Assembly (NCBI RefSeq): GCF_018977255.1
Contig: NW_024704761.1
Span: 7,812,001-7,876,000 of the forward strand
Length of the DNA: 64,000 bases
Reading direction: 5' to 3'
Source of the DNA: Callorhinchus milii
Lineage: Eukaryota
The notes under the pieces are model-generated. The model did no database searches, was not told the DNA's origin, and saw only the letters and a program-made list of their open reading frames with translations. Below, in pieces: positions 38,600-50,057 of this stretch. Made by a program: the position numbers and the translations under genes. Every line of letters begins with the position of its first letter. The first letter of the stretch is position 1.

Positions 38600-39330
38600 T
38601 TTGACATTCCAGGGCATCACTGCACGGTCAGAAGTGATATGCTTTGAATGAGACGTTAAACCAAGGCCCCAGAATGATACCAGGGCTTAAAGGGTTAAAT
38701 TATGAGGACGGGTCGCATAAACTTGGTCTGCATTCCCTTGAGTTTAGAAGGTTTGAGGCGGTGATCTAATTGAGGTTTTTAAAAATAATAAAGCTGGGGG
38801 AATCCAGAACAAGGGGGCGTAATCATAAAATTAGAGCTAGGCCATTTAGGAGTGAAAGCAGGAGGCAATTTTTCATTCAAAAGATAATGGAAATCTGGAA
38901 CTCTCTTCCTCAAAAGGCTGTGGATACTGGATCTATTCAAATTTTCAAGACTGAGGTGGATAAGATCTTTGTTAGGTCAGGATATCAAGGGATATGGGGC
39001 AAAGGCGGGTAATCGGAGTTGAGGTACAAATCAGCCACGATCTTATAGAATGGGGCTCAATGGCCTACTCCTGTTTATATCTGACCTGGAAAGCAGACAA
39101 GCGATAGGACTATTCGAAAAGATAAGGGAGTTTCTCCCGGTGTCATGGCCAACAGCCCCCCCTCATAAAGTCGGTCATTCACTTAATTGCTTTTTGTGGG
39201 ACAAGGATATCCGCAAATTCACTACTGTATCCACTCATAAAGTACATGGTCACCACAACTTACAGTAAATCCCATGAAGCTCTTTGAGATGTTTTCACGT
39301 GATAAGCTATATCAAAAAGCAATATTATTA
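38600..39330 (+). mobile_element. Deu-type SINE split by a CR1 insertion
   Basis: The 5' part ends at GAGACGTTAAACCAAGGCCCC (38670); the body resumes at CTATTCGAAAAGATAAGGGAGTTTCTCCCGG (about 39110). Confidence 0.8.
38671..39080 (+). mobile_element. CR1 LINE 3' end
   Basis: RMIPGLKGLNYEDGSHKLGL and TRGRNHKIRARPFRSESRRQFFIQKIMEIWNSLPQKAV..SIQIFKTEVD, followed by the 3' UTR AATGGCCTACTCCTG. Confidence 0.93.
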
Positions 39331-41559
39331 ATATATCCACAGTTTAGTTAAAAAAAGTCCAGAATATCCCATGTAGCCTTCAAGCAATGAATCCATTTAA
39401 TGAAACTGACTGGAAAAGTGGTGTTCTGTACATGTCGGATTTCAAGAACTATACTTAAGGCAGCATTTAGTTTGCAGTATTCTTTGAATAAACGGTGAAT
39501 GGAGCTGCAATTACTGCAGTCCACAGGATTGTAGCAATGGATTGTAACTCGCTAAGGTTTGACACAAGGTAGATTTCCTCATCGTTATTTTATTTCAAGG
39601 ATCCTTTTTTCCTAGCCTGAGGGTTTTCCTGTAGCTCTCAATATCAAAAGCAGTTTACTCTGAGTTTCTCTCTCCCCCCTCCACCACCCCCCCCCACCCA
39701 CAAAGAAATTGATTGCAGTTGTTACGTAAATTCAGCATGGACGATGCTCTCACATCATTCACCAATGTAGTTGGGGCACAAAAAAAAAGGAGCGTGTGGC
39801 TTCTGCAAGGGTGCGATGCACTGGAACTGATCAGGAAACTTTTCAATTAATATCAAAGAAAACCGAGCCGGGTTAAATGACTTTTTCAATTCAAGAAAAT
39901 TAGATTACAAAAAGCAGAATGTGGAGTCCTGCATTGCATCACAGACGTAAAGAATCGGACACNTTTTTTTCTTTAAGCTGAACGCAGAAAATGGCCCTAC
40001 AGTGCTCCAAGCCATTCATTGCAATGATACGCATGCATCTGAGGCTCTTTTATTGATATCTCCTAACCTCTGAAACTAAACCAAATCAGAGAACACTGCT
40101 CCAATTTAAATGTCCGCATCATTTTTTTCTTTGTAAAAGTTTTTTTTAGAAAGAAACTGCAGTGATATCTTCCTGAGCAAATCTGTCCCCCACCACCCCA
40201 TCTCCAGTAAATAAACATTTTGACCCCTACAAAAGTACAGTCACTCCACTTTACCATAAATTCTGTGAAGCCCTTTGAGATGTCTCAACGACATGATAAG
40301 ACGCTATATCTCATACAAGGAAACACAAGGATTATTAGAGTGCAAGTGGATCATTGGTGGTTTGGCTGATTTTGACTTGTATAAAATTGATAAGGAGATT
40401 GTTTGGGAGACACTGTGCGGCAGTAACAAGCTGCGGGAACTACTGAAAAAGAGGGATTAGTTGGAAAATATCAAAAAGCGCACAGTCCACTTGGGACTAG
40501 GCATTCAAACTGCTGTATCATCACAAATCAAATCCCTGAGCATTTATAGTAACTGACACTTCAGGGTGGGCAGTGGTTGTTGTTTGTTACCTCTTTATAC
40601 AAGTGGAAACCCTAGTGAAATGCACGTGGGCTGGAGAATTGCTTCGTCCCTTCCTTCTCTGGATCTCTTAAGCTGCAGTTTCAATTTTTAACATCTTGAG
40701 CTGCTGCCGTTAATTTGAAGGAATTCAAAGCACAAGTCCACACACATTTACTTGTCCCCCAACACAATTTTCCATACATTAGTAATGCTTAGTATTAATT
40801 ACAGGAGCAACGCAGAAACACAGGCACGCTGAATGATTAACAGTATTTTTCTGAATAAGCTAACAAATGATCTTGTTGCATTTGTTACGGCGCTCAAAGG
40901 ATTATTTTTGTATGTAACTATAGGAACCGAGGTTCTGCTCCAGGCTGATTTCATGATCTGCATTTCACAGAATCTTGCACGCTGGAGAAAGCCTGATGAA
41001 AGTGGTTTTATTTTACTAACTGCAGCAATTTTCAATAAGGCGACTATGGGATGCTGGTTTGATCAGCCGTACGATACAGAAACTAGTCCACAAATGGCCT
41101 GACTTTGTAACCAGCGAGAGATGTGAAGTTGTGAGTGGGTTGTTTGGGTCAGGTTATGAGTGGAATCATTTCTGCATCCAGGCGTACGTTCAGTAGTCTA
41201 CTGCTGAACAAGTTTTTTTCATGTATAAATGCAAAAAATATGTATTTTGGGTGACTTCAATAATTTGAAGGTTCTTATATTAATAAACAGTCAGGATGCA
41301 GCATTAGGTGATGCTGTCAAGCAGGTTCCAATGCTGTGAAGATTCATTACGCTAATGCTTACAGGGCACTTCTCATCAGAGTACAAGTGTCGAGAAAACA
41401 TTCAGTAAATGATCCAACTGCAAGTAACTTGCAAGAGGATTGTGTCACTTGGGCAGAAGTTCCTCTGGTTCCTTGGGGGAATATTTATTACACAGGACCG
41501 AAAGAGGACAGAAATTTGTGCACTTGCAAAAACTTATGCTTTGTTTCCCTGTCAAATAA

Positions 41560-41665
41560 TAATAATAGTTGTATTTGATACAGTGCCTCATCACGTCTTT
41601 TAGACGCCTAAAGTGCTTCACAAAATATACTGTAAAGTGAATTGACTGTGTATTTTGTGGGTAAA
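41560..41665 (-). mobile_element. Family A SINE tail
   Basis: GTGCTTCACAAAATATACTGTAAAGTGAATTGACTGTG is the reverse complement of the family A tail. Confidence 0.85.
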
Positions 41666-43579
41666 ATAGATATGTCTTCACTTGCTCCTGTGAAGGGGAG
41701 CAGTGGCCAACACTGTGGAATGGGAGTTGGGTGGGGGTAGGGAGTAGAATCTACTCTCCTGTGCTTCACCCTCTTCAACAAATGCCACATAGTGGCTTGA
41801 GGAGGCTTTCAATAGTACTAACTAACCACAATATAACTTGATATAAAATACAACACGCAGCACAAATGTTAGTCTTGGGCATATTGTTCCGTAACATCTG
41901 TATGTGCAGCAAGTTGCTTTTCATTTGTTACCCCGCCCTCCCATGTTTTTTCTAAGATAAGAACACAGTTTTCCTACGTGTTTTAATGAACCTAATTTCT
42001 GTTGAGTTATGTAAGAAAATGACTGTATTACATAAAGTGGCAAACGTGTGGCAACAGATGTGCACAATGCAGCGAGTGGCATCCTAAAGGCACAGTCACA
42101 CTTGAATACGTTTGAACAAAGTAAAGCATTGAAGACTAAAATCCTTCACATCACCGCAATCATCTGTATTTTTACCTTTGACTAGATAAATCCATCGCAT
42201 GATCCTGTCTGCCTACCTGTGTATAATGTTCTCATGTTTTGGGGATATTTTTCTGGACAATTTCCACACCCCCACTCCCCATATTTTATCTTGGATATAT
42301 TTTATCGTGATAATACTGTCCTAGGGAGTACATCATAATGAAGTGTGTGTTACAATAAATGTATCTTTAGAGCAATAAATAGTTATATGAATAGAATTGG
42401 AAACCAAGGTTCAGTTAGCTATATAACAGGTGTTGATACTGAGCACCGCAACAAGGGAGACATGCATTAAATTCCATTCCTCCTCCAATACTGTCCCTTA
42501 GGTTTTTTACCTGACGGTCCGCTTTACTCCACAAAAAACTGCTTTGCAAAGCACCAATAACCCCAGATGGATCAGTATGCTTCACAGAGCCTCTCTCCAA
42601 TCGGATTCTGACACTTTGTCTTGTACTACATAATTTAAGCAAACGATTCTGCATTATTCTGTGAAAAATTGAAAAAGAAAACACAAACGGCCACTTTGCA
42701 TCTTAAAGATTACTCGAAAACAAAAGTGAGAGGTGAGGGGGAAAAAGAAGTAGCGATATTGTACATTGGAAACATAACAGGATTTTCACAAAATGACTGC
42801 GATCAATGTATTAAGTGGCAAATTAGTGTAACTAATCTTCTGGAAATTGATAAGTTAGTACAATATTACAGACTGATTTTTATTCGCAAATGACCAGAGG
42901 GTGACAAAATAACCTCACAGTTTCTTTCTAAAAGTGCAAGCAGAGGCGAATTCTAAAGAAATTCAGTGACGGTGATGCACATTCCCTGACACACAGGCTT
43001 TCAATTTTGTTGATGTTAAGTTAACAAATAGAGAAAAAAAATCTGAAGCCGAAGGTTGGTGCTCACTACACCTTTCACTTGAAAAAAAATCAAGCTCTTG
43101 CTTTTCCCCCTTTCAGATAATGTGCCAGGTTCACCAGGAAACTCTGTTAGAAAAGGACTTATTAGTATTTCCCTGAATACTGCCAGAATGCTGAGGTTGC
43201 CACATACTGTGCGTCTAGAAGGCAATGCTACCAGGGAGACGAAGGGTTAAACAACGGAAAGATGGCTCGGTTGTGGTACTGAGGGGAGAGAAAGATGGAT
43301 GTGAGTCCTGTCTTGAAGCACTTAATTTATAGAAGAATTAAACTAGCTTAGCAGATGGAAGAAGATACATGAAGACACAAACTGCTGCTGCCTTTCCATC
43401 CCAGACTATAAATTAGTCTGATAAATGGGAAATTTATGACCTTAAAATATCTACCATCACCTATCATTTCCCTGGTGCTGTCACTGTAATTCTCTGAAAT
43501 GCTATGGAAACTGCAGGACAAGGAACTCACACTACACTGGAGACTGAGGATTCCTCAAGGAAATGCCCAGGTATTTGAG

Positions 43580-43760
43580 AGCACAGCTGTACACAAACAG
43601 CTGAGCTCCAACACACAGGCAGCTCGCATCGCATCACATCACACAGAGAGAGACCTGCTTTTATTTTCTATTTAAAAGCCTCTTTTATGCACATAGCTCA
43701 AACAAACACAGCTCAGCCCAAGCACACAGGCAGCACGCAGGCAGTCGTGTTATGGTGAGA
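43580..43760. promoter_or_regulatory. Candidate intronic enhancer (E-box pair plus MEF2-like site)
   Basis: CAGCTG at 43584-43589 and 43598-43603, and CTATTTAAAAG at 43668-43678 (one mismatch to YTAWWWWTAR), about 270-370 bp into the intron after the exon. Confidence 0.3.
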
Positions 43761-43950
43761 GGTTGTTAAGACAGGCGATGTAAATCTCTCGCTCTTTCTC
43801 TCTGTTTCTTTCTGGCTCTTTCAATACAGCGCACAGCACTGAATGAACACAGCACCTTCCCTTTACACAGACAGTACTTTCGCTGCAACAAAAGACTTGA
43901 CCTCATAAAGCAAGGGCAAGACAAAGGAGTCGTTTCAATAAGCCACTTAC

Positions 43951-44052
43951 CTCCTGGAGATAGAGAAAGGCCGGAGTGCAGGTGATGGTGTGAGGGAGCA
44001 TAGCTGAGTTGGACAGCAAGATGCAGCCGGAGTTTGCCATTGAGCAGAGCAT
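43951..44052 (-). CDS. RBFOX3: First coding exon (34 codons, phase 0) of a probable Fox-1 family RNA-binding protein gene; alternative N-terminus
   Basis: ATG at 44052 opens MLCSMANSGCILLSNSAMLPHTITCTPAFLYLQE, which ends exactly at a consensus donor GAG|GTAAGT (ACTTAC at 43945-43950 on +). It lies in a SINE-free island. The peptide matches my recollection of predicted vertebrate RBFOX3 isoform N-termini (MLCSMANSGC..LSNS..LPH..C.PAFLYLQ.) that splice in phase 0 to the GNQ...MAQPY exon. The exon structure is seen directly; the gene name is from memory and not verified. Confidence 0.68.
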
Positions 44053-44310
44053 GTAACGGGGCAGTGTGTTTGTGTATGTGTGTGTGTGTATATGTCTGAA
44101 GCTCACTCGTGCTCTCTCGCTCTCTCTCTCTCACTTAACTACCTAAACTGCATTAATAAAGTGCTGGCGTGTTCTCCCTGTTCTTGAGCTGAATGATCAA
44201 TGCAGTGGATGCCTATATTCTGTACCACTTAAGGACAATGAGAGAGGGGGAGGATCCCTAGTTTACTGAAGGTTGGGGGGGCTGGAGGGGAGAGGGAGCA
44301 GGTTGTTCAG
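44053..44310 (-). promoter_or_regulatory. Putative 5' UTR and internal promoter of the RBFOX3-like exon
   Basis: Lies directly upstream of the ATG. Contains (GA)n and (CA)n tracts, a TATA-like TTTATTAAT (44152-44160 on -) and C-rich boxes at about 44240-44300. No interspersed repeats between about 41700 and 44570. Confidence 0.45.
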
Positions 44311-44574
44311 TGAATGAACAGAATGTAGGATTGGGATGAGTTTTAGTGCTAATAACAACAGCCAGATGTCTGGGGGGAGAATTGATACCAGTTAGACTAT
44401 CCTCAGAGGGGTTACCTTACATTAACATTCAATGGGTATCTGAAATCAAAACCTACTGAACTCTACTTTTGCCCTCTATATGAAAAGAAAATGTTAATTG
44501 TTTAAGAACAATTCTTCCGTCAAAAGTAAAAAAAAATGACAGCCTGGTTGTAGTTACAAAAGGATTATATTCAC

Positions 44575-44704
44575 TCGGCTTTGCACACAAAATATAAAGT
44601 CAATTCACTTTGCAGTATATTCTGTGAAGCGTTTTGAGACAACTTGAAGACATGATAAGGCACTATATCAAATGCAAGGATTATTTATTATTATTATTAT
44701 TATT
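44575..44704 (+). mobile_element. Family A SINE tail
   Basis: GTCAATTCACTTTGCAGTATATTCTGTGAAGCG...AAATGCAAGGATTA(TTA)n. Confidence 0.88.
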
Positions 44705-46126
44705 CATGTTGTTTTTAGGAATTATGTAGAGGCTTAGCTCTTTATATACACACACACACATGTACATACTGATCTGCATTTTTAATGGTTTATTGCATAT
44801 ATTTTTGGACTGCAATTTTGCATTCCTGACAAGAGTTTGACCACAAGGGATTGTATACTACAGTTTTGATGCAGAAGTGGTTTCTCATAATTATTGGTGT
44901 AGATAAGATGAATACACACACACTTATTTAGGGCGTACACAGTACATTCATTAGTTTAAAATTAATTTAGAACACGTACTGAATGTTATATGCCTTGCTC
45001 ATAGGGCTAGAGTACGATAAACTAGATACATCTGGGATACTTTTTAACGGGATTCCTTAACATGGAATTCTGCTGTAATTCTGATTGACCTGCGAGAATG
45101 AGTACTCCGCTCTGGACCTGGATCGCATTAGGTCCCCATGACATACTCTTGGTTCCCAGAAGTAGTACACTTTTGCGCAACCTTTCCAAGGAACCCCGTT
45201 AAGAAATACTGCAAAATTAGACACTGATGTACAGTAATAACACCAGCTTGGATTTATGTAGAGGCCCTCATGCAGGGTATCATCCCAGAGCACTTGACAA
45301 TGGCAGATAGATAACAGGCAACTGAGGAAGAGAACTAGTGTAAGAGCAGATTTCATGTAAATGCATGTGAACAACAAGAACTAATTGCATTTATATAGGA
45401 ATATAAATTTATTTATAAAAATATAAAATATATATTATTTGGAGCACAGACATTGTCAGTTAATATGGTCTCAAATTGCAAAGAGATTTCCTCCTCGCCT
45501 CCCCCCGCTACCCCACCTAAAACTTTTTGCATGATAACAAGCTCAAACACTTATTCCTTCTGTAGGAATCATGTTCACCGTGACAATGGTTTTCTGTCAC
45601 AGATTCCTGCTCCGTTCAAAGAAATACTGGACCACATGTTCCAAAAATACTCAAATTAAATATTTATGGGAATTATGTGAGCTTCTGAAATAAATGTCTG
45701 AGTGATTCATTGCTGGAATCGCATCCTGGAAATATCCCCAGCACTTCCAGTCATTTGGAGCAGGATTCTTTGGCTCCTGCTAATTGCCATGCAAAGCCAT
45801 CGCCTGGGTAGTCCTTGTTGGACAAGCAGTGGGAAGCTCACCAGACAGTGCTCTCAATGGCAAGCTATGCAGTTTTAATTGGTTAAGCTCCAGCTGTACC
45901 CAAGCCTTGCCTCTTCTCAACAAAAAGTTAGGGCTTCGCTAACCATGGGAGACATCTTCAAAGAACGCATCTTTCTGCACCTTATGCTTTTATTTCAAGT
46001 GCTCTGCTGCAACCCAACTCGCCCACTCCATCTCAGTCATCTAGGTTCCCGGCACTCACAGTATCAGCTGAGATTCGCTTCCAGCCAGTGCAAGGAAGCT
46101 GCTGCCATCCATGGCATCACCCCAGA

Positions 46127-46270
46127 CAACAACAACAACTTACTAGCACCCTTCACATTGGAAAGACATCCCAGGGCGTTGGACAATCGGGGTTTTTTGG
46201 ACCCGAGCTGGGAGTTGGGGTCAGGAGGGGTGGAGGGTGGGGGAGGTTGCTGTGGGAGGGTGGCCGACAC
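46127..46270 (-). mobile_element. L2 3' UTR fragment
   Basis: (CAA)n followed by ACATCCCAGGGCGTTGGACAATC...GACCCGAGCTGGGAGTTGGGGTCAGGAGG. Confidence 0.75.
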
Positions 46271-46634
46271 CAGAACAGTATGACAGAATCTTGTTGCTTG
46301 CTACATCCAACTGCTGGCGAAAGCCAAAGAAAGCAACCAACTAACAGAACATTTCAGAGTGACCCAGCCTGTTGAGACCAATGTAAAATCCAGGATAACC
46401 CCATCATTCTTCGCAAGACATACAGACGAGGCCGCATACTGAAAGTGCACAAAACATCAGCGTCAACACCTAACACAGCCACAGCAGAACATTCATTCTC
46501 AATCTGCGTGTGTCCACAGCACAATACTGAATAATGAGGCACCAGTTCCAGTCTCTATTATCTTGTCCAATGCACAGTATTACAATTCATACAGTGAATT
46601 TACATTTACAGCAATATCAATTCAATATAAATCC

Positions 46635-47065
46635 TGGCTCAATAGGTAGTATTCTGATCTCTGAGGGCAAAAGGTTCAGGATACACATTGTACTTTGAGT
46701 TTATAGTCCAGGCTGATACTCCAGTGTAGTGCTGGCAGTGGGTTGCATTGTCAGAGGTGCTGACCTTTGGATGAGACATTAAGCCAAGGTTCCATCTGCC
46801 GGTTCAGGTGGATGTTAAAGTTCCCATGGCAATATTCAAAAAGAGAAGGGAGTTTCTCCCAGTATCCTGGCCAACAATCCCCCAAATAAAAACAAACAAA
46901 AAAATGGTCATTCACTTCGTGACTGTTTGTGGGATATTGCTATGTGCAAATTGGCTACCACATTCACCTACTGATAATAGTCACGACACTTAACAGAAAA
47001 CTCTGTGAAGCACTTTGAGATATTTCAATGATACAACACAATTTATCAAATGCAATGATTATTAC
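46635..47065 (+). mobile_element. Deu-domain SINE (family B), near full length
   Basis: TGGCTCAATAGGTAG head, Deu block GCATTGTCAGAGGTGC..GGATGAGACATTAAGCCAAGG..GGTGGATGTTAAAGTTCCCATGGCA..CCTGGCCAAC..TGTGCAAATTGGCT, and L2-type tail. Confidence 0.9.
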
Positions 47066-47774
47066 TTTTTATATAGATCTTTCAACGACACTCTGCCTCT
47101 GTTCAAGTCACACTCGCTCAAGTTAATTAGTGGCACAGCAATCCATCACTTTCAGTCTTGCAATTGTCTGAATCCATATGTAATGGTGCATTGAAAGTGA
47201 TCTAATGCCTGGTGCAAGCCTATACCTGCAGGTCAGTAGACTTGCACTGGTAAGTGGACTAGCTTTCAGCCACCAGAACTACCATACAAAATATTCCCAA
47301 TGTCCCTATGGTCTCCGATGCAGCAAACCGTATTTGGATGCACAAGAAAGCATGGGATATTGATTAATATAGCCTTTAGGCAGGCTCTGCAGGATACAGT
47401 TCACTGCTCTATCCATCTTTCCAACTTGAGGCATAAGTGACAGCATTAGATGCTTGAGGTGGACAGGGCTATGTGAGGTACCATTTCTGCACATCTGTAA
47501 TAGAAGTCAAACGTTAGATGATGATGAATTCTAGGTCCTTTGTACATCATACAAGCAACACATACATGATCGCAAGAGATTACAAGACATTGTGAAGCAT
47601 TTAGTGAAACAGAATAGATCCACGGCTTAAGCCATTGTCACATGTCTGCTCATCGTTTTCTATTTAACTCCATGTTGTTGGCCTAAGCTTCAACTTGCTT
47701 AAGGCAGAATTACTGCAGCAAAGTCAGAACTGTCAGCTTATAAAAATTAACTTATAGCTCAATAGCTGAACTTG

Positions 47775-48135
47775 ACACTATTCGAAAAGAGGAGGGAGTT
47801 TCTTCTGGCATCCAGCAATCCCCCAGAGAAATTAATTCTTCACTTCATGACTGTTTGTGGAACATTGGTTTGTGCAAATTGGCTGCTGTTACGCCAACAA
47901 CAATAATAATAACAACAATAATCCTCGGATTTGATACAGCACTTTCCACGTCGGGAATGACTCGAAGCACTTCACAGGTTATACTGCAAAGTGTAGTGAC
48001 TGTGTATTTACGTAGGTGAAAGTGGCAGCCAATTTGGGCTCAGCAAATGGCCCACCCAAAAAAAACATGAAGCGAATGCGTAATTTTATTTTGAGGGATT
48101 GTTGGCCAGGACATCAAGGAGAAACCCCCTTCTCT
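47775..48135. mobile_element. Inverted (tail-to-tail) pair of Deu-type SINE fragments
   Basis: A + copy (47775-47895) and a - copy (47900-48135) share GAGTTTC..TGGC..CAATCCC and CAAATTGGCTGC. Confidence 0.8.
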
Positions 48136-48649
48136 AACAACAAAAAAGATTTCCAATAAGGAAATGTGTTGGAGAGAAAGAAAGAAAAACACTAGATGCA
48201 CTCAATATGCTAGTTTTGTTTGTATTTTTGTGCACAGGACAAGGTTACTAACCTGCATCCAAATGGTTTCCCTACATAGCCTAGAAGGTATACATTTCTT
48301 TAATGAAGAATTTAAGACATTTGCCAGACAAGGAGACTTTTGTGGCGTATCTTCTAGTGAAGACGATTTCCAAATAAAGACAGCGATTTTTTTTTGGGGG
48401 GGATGGGGTGGGGGGGGGGAGAGGTTTATGTTTAAAAAAACAAAAACAATTCTTGCGAAGATTTGGCTAACACAAGTTAACAGGGAGCTGGTACATCAGA
48501 AGTCAGAGGTCACCAGTAATAGCCTTGGCTCAGCTTTATCTCAATGACATTGGACGCTTGAATAAAGTTGCCAGATTTCTCCCTTGAGGCTCTGTTATAA
48601 TTGAAGGAAGTCCAGCAACAATGAAAATTATGCCAATAGTTCCATGGGT

Positions 48650-48940
48650 GGCCGAGTTTTCAGCTACTATGCCTCTGGCCTCTGGAGCTCCCTCCCTCGA
48701 CTGTCCATTTCACCCACTCTCTCTCTCTCTCTCTCTTTCTATCTGTCTTTAAATTTCACCTAAAAACCTACCTCTTGAACTATCTCTATGGTCACTTTGC
48801 TCTTCCGTCCCCCCCTCCTCCGTTACTCAGCGTCTGACTGAGTAACGGAGGAGGGGGGGACGGAAGAGTAAACACTTGTGAAGTGTTCAGAGATGTCATC
48901 CACGTGAAGAATGCTATACAAATGCAAGTTGTTGTTGTTT
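48650..48940 (+). mobile_element. L2 LINE 3' end containing a fold-back duplication
   Basis: GGTGGCCGAGTTTTCAGC..GCC..CTCTGGAGCTCCCTCCC, TTTAAATTTCACCTAAAAACCTACCTCTT and tail GCTATACAAATGCAAGTTGTTGTTG. Confidence 0.8.
48800..48868. repeat. Perfect inverted repeat, 31-bp arms, 7-nt spacer
   Basis: CTCTTCCGTCCCCCCCTCCTCCGTTACTCAG - CGTCTGA - CTGAGTAACGGAGGAGGGGGGGACGGAAGAG. Confidence 0.97.
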
Positions 48941-49054
48941 TCTTATGGGCTTCTTCAACATAGCACATAATAGTTAGCAGGAAAGGTCAGGTAAACCAAA
49001 GCCTTCTAGACCAAGTGACCTGTGATTTTTTTCAGCCCAGCCTCAGTACCGCAG

Positions 49055-49253
49055 AAGGCAAAATACTGCAGATGCTGGAAATCTGAAGTAAAAGCAGAAG
49101 TCGCTGGGAACATGCAGCAGGTCGGGCAGCATCCATGGAGAGAAGAAAATGAGTTAACGTTTCAGGTTGATAGCCAAGTTCAGGTTCTGACAAAAGGTTA
49201 GCGGCCTGAAACGTTAACTCATTTTCCTCTCTCCATAGATGCTGCCTGATCTA
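49055..49253. mobile_element. Palindromic non-autonomous element resembling inverted Penelope-like pLTR ends
   Basis: 48-bp arms at 49119-49166 and 49205-49252 with 4 mismatches. Starts AATACTGCAGATGCTGGAAATCTGAA, as in abundant shark hairpin elements (recalled). Flanked by CAGTACCGCAG and CAGTACTGCAG. Confidence 0.7.
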
Positions 49254-50057
49254 CAGTACTGCAGCACCGATTAAGGCTTTGGATATAGATCGAAGAGGGA
49301 GGTACAGTGGTGGACTGGGTGCCGAACAGCAAAAAAAAACCTCTGTGGGTTTAAAAATTTTGTTGGGTATAAATGGAATTTCTGAACTAGGCTGCGTGGT
49401 GTGGTAAACATCAGGACACATTCACCGGGGGCGTTCGGGAAATTTCCCATATACCTGGTCCGTCGCTAGGTAGGTCGTAATCTATCCTATAAGCAAGTGA
49501 CGTTGAGCGGAGAAAGTGGCAAGGAATAACAACAACAACAGGATTACATTTGTACAGCGCCTTTCACGTCGGGAGGAGGTCCCAATAATCAAATGTTTTT
49601 CAAAATAAAAGATGACGCTTAAATGAAGGGGAAAAGATCTTACTGAGTGTTCAGTGCATGAAACAGATCTGAGAAATTACAGACCACAAAGTGACGTCTC
49701 AGATTACGCTCCATCCATCGGAATGTTCCAAAGTTCAGATTGTAGAGAACACCCTTTTTTTTCACCTGGAATCCAAGCTTCTCAAACTCCCTCATGAGTT
49801 GCAAACCCCGAATTATACTCGTCTCACTGCAAATAGCAACACAGGATATCAAAATAACCTGCTCCTTGACTGAGCTTACAGATATTTAACCCGTGCATAA
49901 GACAAAGCCAAACCCAGTGTTTCCACCTGCTATTCTCCTGGAGGAAATGGATCGGCTTTGCTATTAATTGGGTGACTCACTTCTCTTTCCTAATATGCAC
50001 ATAGAACTAGGACCTTGGTATCCTTTCCTAGATGCTTCTAACTAAAGCACCGCTGTA

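Noticed and set aside
39963-39963. Single ambiguous base N
   Set aside because: Assembly ambiguity next to a poly-T run, not biological.
1-43950. Downstream RBFOX coding exons (GNQ/MAQPY, RRM)
   Set aside because: Not found on the minus strand in the ORF track or by reading. They presumably lie beyond the left edge, which leaves the gene assignment resting on one exon.
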